Shown here in pieces: positions 61,737 to 64,000 of a stretch of 64,000 bases of DNA (its first letter is position 1; each line of letters begins with the position of its first letter). The stretch spans positions 1,426,001 to 1,490,000 of the forward strand of contig BQFW01000015.1 of assembly GCA_020891255.1 (NCBI GenBank). Direction: 5' to 3'. Source of the stretch: Entomortierella parvispora E1425 (lineage: Eukaryota > Fungi > Mortierellomycota). The notes beneath the pieces were generated by a model. That model saw only the letters and a program-made list of their open reading frames with translations, did no database searches and was not told the DNA's origin. The position numbers and the translations under genes are program-made.

Positions 61737-63982
61737 ATGTCGTATCATCAACAGCAACAACAGCAGCAATATCAGCCTTCTAAGCAAGAATGGCAGGGCT
61801 ACCGCGACGACGACGAGTACGGAGCTGCAGGCCAGGAGGCGATGGCGGGTCATCATTCGGGTGCTGATGGAGCCCCTTCTTCTCCCTTCCGTGATGACCG
61901 CCGACAGGACAACTTCCAGACCTTCCCTTCAGTCTCTCCTGCTGTAAGCCCGTCCTCTCCATACCAGAACCGCAGCGGGCACGGCCATCTTCAGGACGAC
62001 GACGACGACGAGCAGTACCCAGTTGGCAGGCCCTTGAGTTATTTCCCGACCCACCATCAGCCTCTGGCGCAGGACTATGACGAGGATCCCCGTCTTCAAA
62101 ATCATCAACATTCTCTTCCATACAATTCAGGAATCGCAGCTGAGGAAGCAGGGTCAAGGACGAGCCAGTATCATCAAATGTCGCCCTTACAGCATGCCCA
62201 GTCCCCTCTGAGCAGCCGTGGTGACCAGTGGAGCGGTAGCAACAATGCCTACAAGGGATACCAGGCGCCACACAGCTCGAATGATATCCCTATGGTCGGC
62301 ATGGATATCATCTCCTCAAACTTGGAGGCGACACGGAACGGACACAGGTCTGACACCAGATCAACGGCGGGAGATTTCGAGGATCATCGAGACAGCGGGG
62401 TGCGAGCAACAGATTCTGTCTACAGTGCAGGAGCAGGCGTCGGTTCTGGGGCTGGAGCTCAGGGTACTTACAACCAATACCAAAACCAGCACCAGCAGTT
62501 TGACAATAAGCAAGGATATAATGACGATCCCTACTCACAACAATACCAAAATCCTTATCAGCTCCAAGGAGAACAACCTCAGGGAAACGCAGTGCAAATT
62601 GAAGACGGTGAACCTGTGCCCAAGGCACTCTTGGATCCAAAAGTGCAGAGACAGCTCAACAAGCGCACGTTGTGGCGACCTTGGTTTATTTGGTTCGTAT
62701 CTGCAGTTCAGATTGCAGTCCTGATCTTTGAGTTTGTGAAGGGCTACCAACGGACGCACACTATCATTGAAACTCATCCTTTCAACCCAATGATCGGACC
62801 TGGCACTGGTGTAAGTCCTCTCTCCATTGTCGCTTCTCCTTGTTGTCATTTTCAGTTCAATTCACGATGTTCTAATGGAGTTCATCGCGATTTCATCTAG
62901 ACAATTATTGCCGTTGGAGCTCGTTTTGTTCCCTGCATGCGAAGCACGTATCTGGATACACTTCCAATTCAATGTCCCGACAATACCACGCAGATCTGCA
63001 ACATTTCAGAAATCTGCGCCTTCACACCTATTGATACCACGGGCAAACCACCCAACCAGTGGTTTAGATTTATTACGCCCATTTTCCTTCATGGAGGCAT
63101 TATCCACTTGGGATTCAACTTGATGTTCCAACTTCGAACCGGCGCGGATTTGGAAAGAGACATGGGCTGGTGGCGCATCAGCATCATCTACATGACCTCA
63201 GGCATTGCTGGATTTATCTTTGGAGGAAACTTTGCACCTCTATTGTCTCGTATGTATTATCTTTGTCTCTTCTACGGCACCCTTGTCGACAAAGAATTTT
63301 GAAGCTAATATCGCTTAATATTTGTAATTCTAGCATCTATGGGTGCCTCTGGAGCGATTTTTGGACTCATCGGATGCTTGCTGCTCGACTTGATTCAAAA
63401 CTGGAAGCTGGTCGTGCGACCGTGCTGGGAATTGAGCAAGGTTAGGGCCACACAGCGGATTGAATTATTTGGTCTCATGCCTTAGTGAGATATCCAAACA
63501 GTATGTTCTGACCATCTGTTTCTACGATCTTGTATACAACAGCTTTTACTTATGATCATTGTGTCATTCGCCTTTGGTCTCCTTCCTTTCCTCGACAACT
63601 TCGCTCATATTGGCGGATTCATTGGTGGTATTTTGACTGGTTTGGTCTTCATGCCTGTCGTGTACTTCTCCAAACGTGACAAGTACATCAAGTGGGGACT
63701 TCGCGTCGTTGCCCTGCCTCTCGTTGTCGTCCTTATTGTTGTTGGACTCACCAACTTTTATAAAGGCGTCAACAACTGCAGTTGGTGTAAATACCTCAGG
63801 TAAGATCTCGGAAATGAGCTCTCTCCAAGTGCACAGTCTCTCCTATCCGCATTTCTTCTGCTGATACCTGCTCCTTCTCTTTTTGTGATGTTTGTTATGT
63901 TAGCTGCTTGCCCATCAATGGCTGGTGCGACGCGTTCAACCCACCAGCAGGTGCACCAACCACTGGAACTGGTGCTGCTTAA
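61737..63982 (+). CDS. Rhomboid intramembrane serine protease with a long cytosolic N-terminus and Cys-rich loop
   Basis: RPWFIWFV, NPMIGP, GARFVPCMR, PNQWFRFITPIFLHGGIIH; catalytic SMGASGA and AHIGG; C-terminal CSWCKYLSCLP..WC. Stop at 63980-63982. Confidence 0.93.
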
Positions 63983-64000
63983 CAGGGTCAAGAAATTTAC

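Overview
Compact, intron-rich (GT-AG) eukaryotic genomic DNA of about 50% GC. Gene content and style point to an early-diverging fungus, most likely Mortierellaceae (inference). I assembled 24 spliced protein-coding genes by hand. On the - strand: SEC16 (runs off the left edge), ARP2, ATP1, an unknown secreted Ala/Val/Asp-rich protein, PARN, NOP4/RBM28, NDUFS6, UBAP1-like, EAF, GID4, MFAP1, DNAJC7, two LEA-like genes, PAH, RPS24, RPL17 and a bZIP factor. On the + strand: an unknown single-pass membrane protein, a type-B carboxylesterase, a GH13_5 alpha-amylase, a Methyltransf_22-like protein, MED27, BTG/Tob and a rhomboid protease. I found no tRNA, rRNA, CRISPR array or transposon. No single unmistakable new system is visible. 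The best leads are a hairpin-dense 905-nt first intron in ATP1 (candidate intronic ncRNA), a Sec16 carrying a zinc ribbon and a very long Tyr/Gln/Gly/Glu repeat tail, a 6-Cys amphipathic secreted proprotein, a tandem pair of differently targeted LEA-like genes next to an esterase and an amylase, and a UBAP1-type ESCRT-I subunit. Exon boundaries and stems were read by eye, so some may be off by a few nt.
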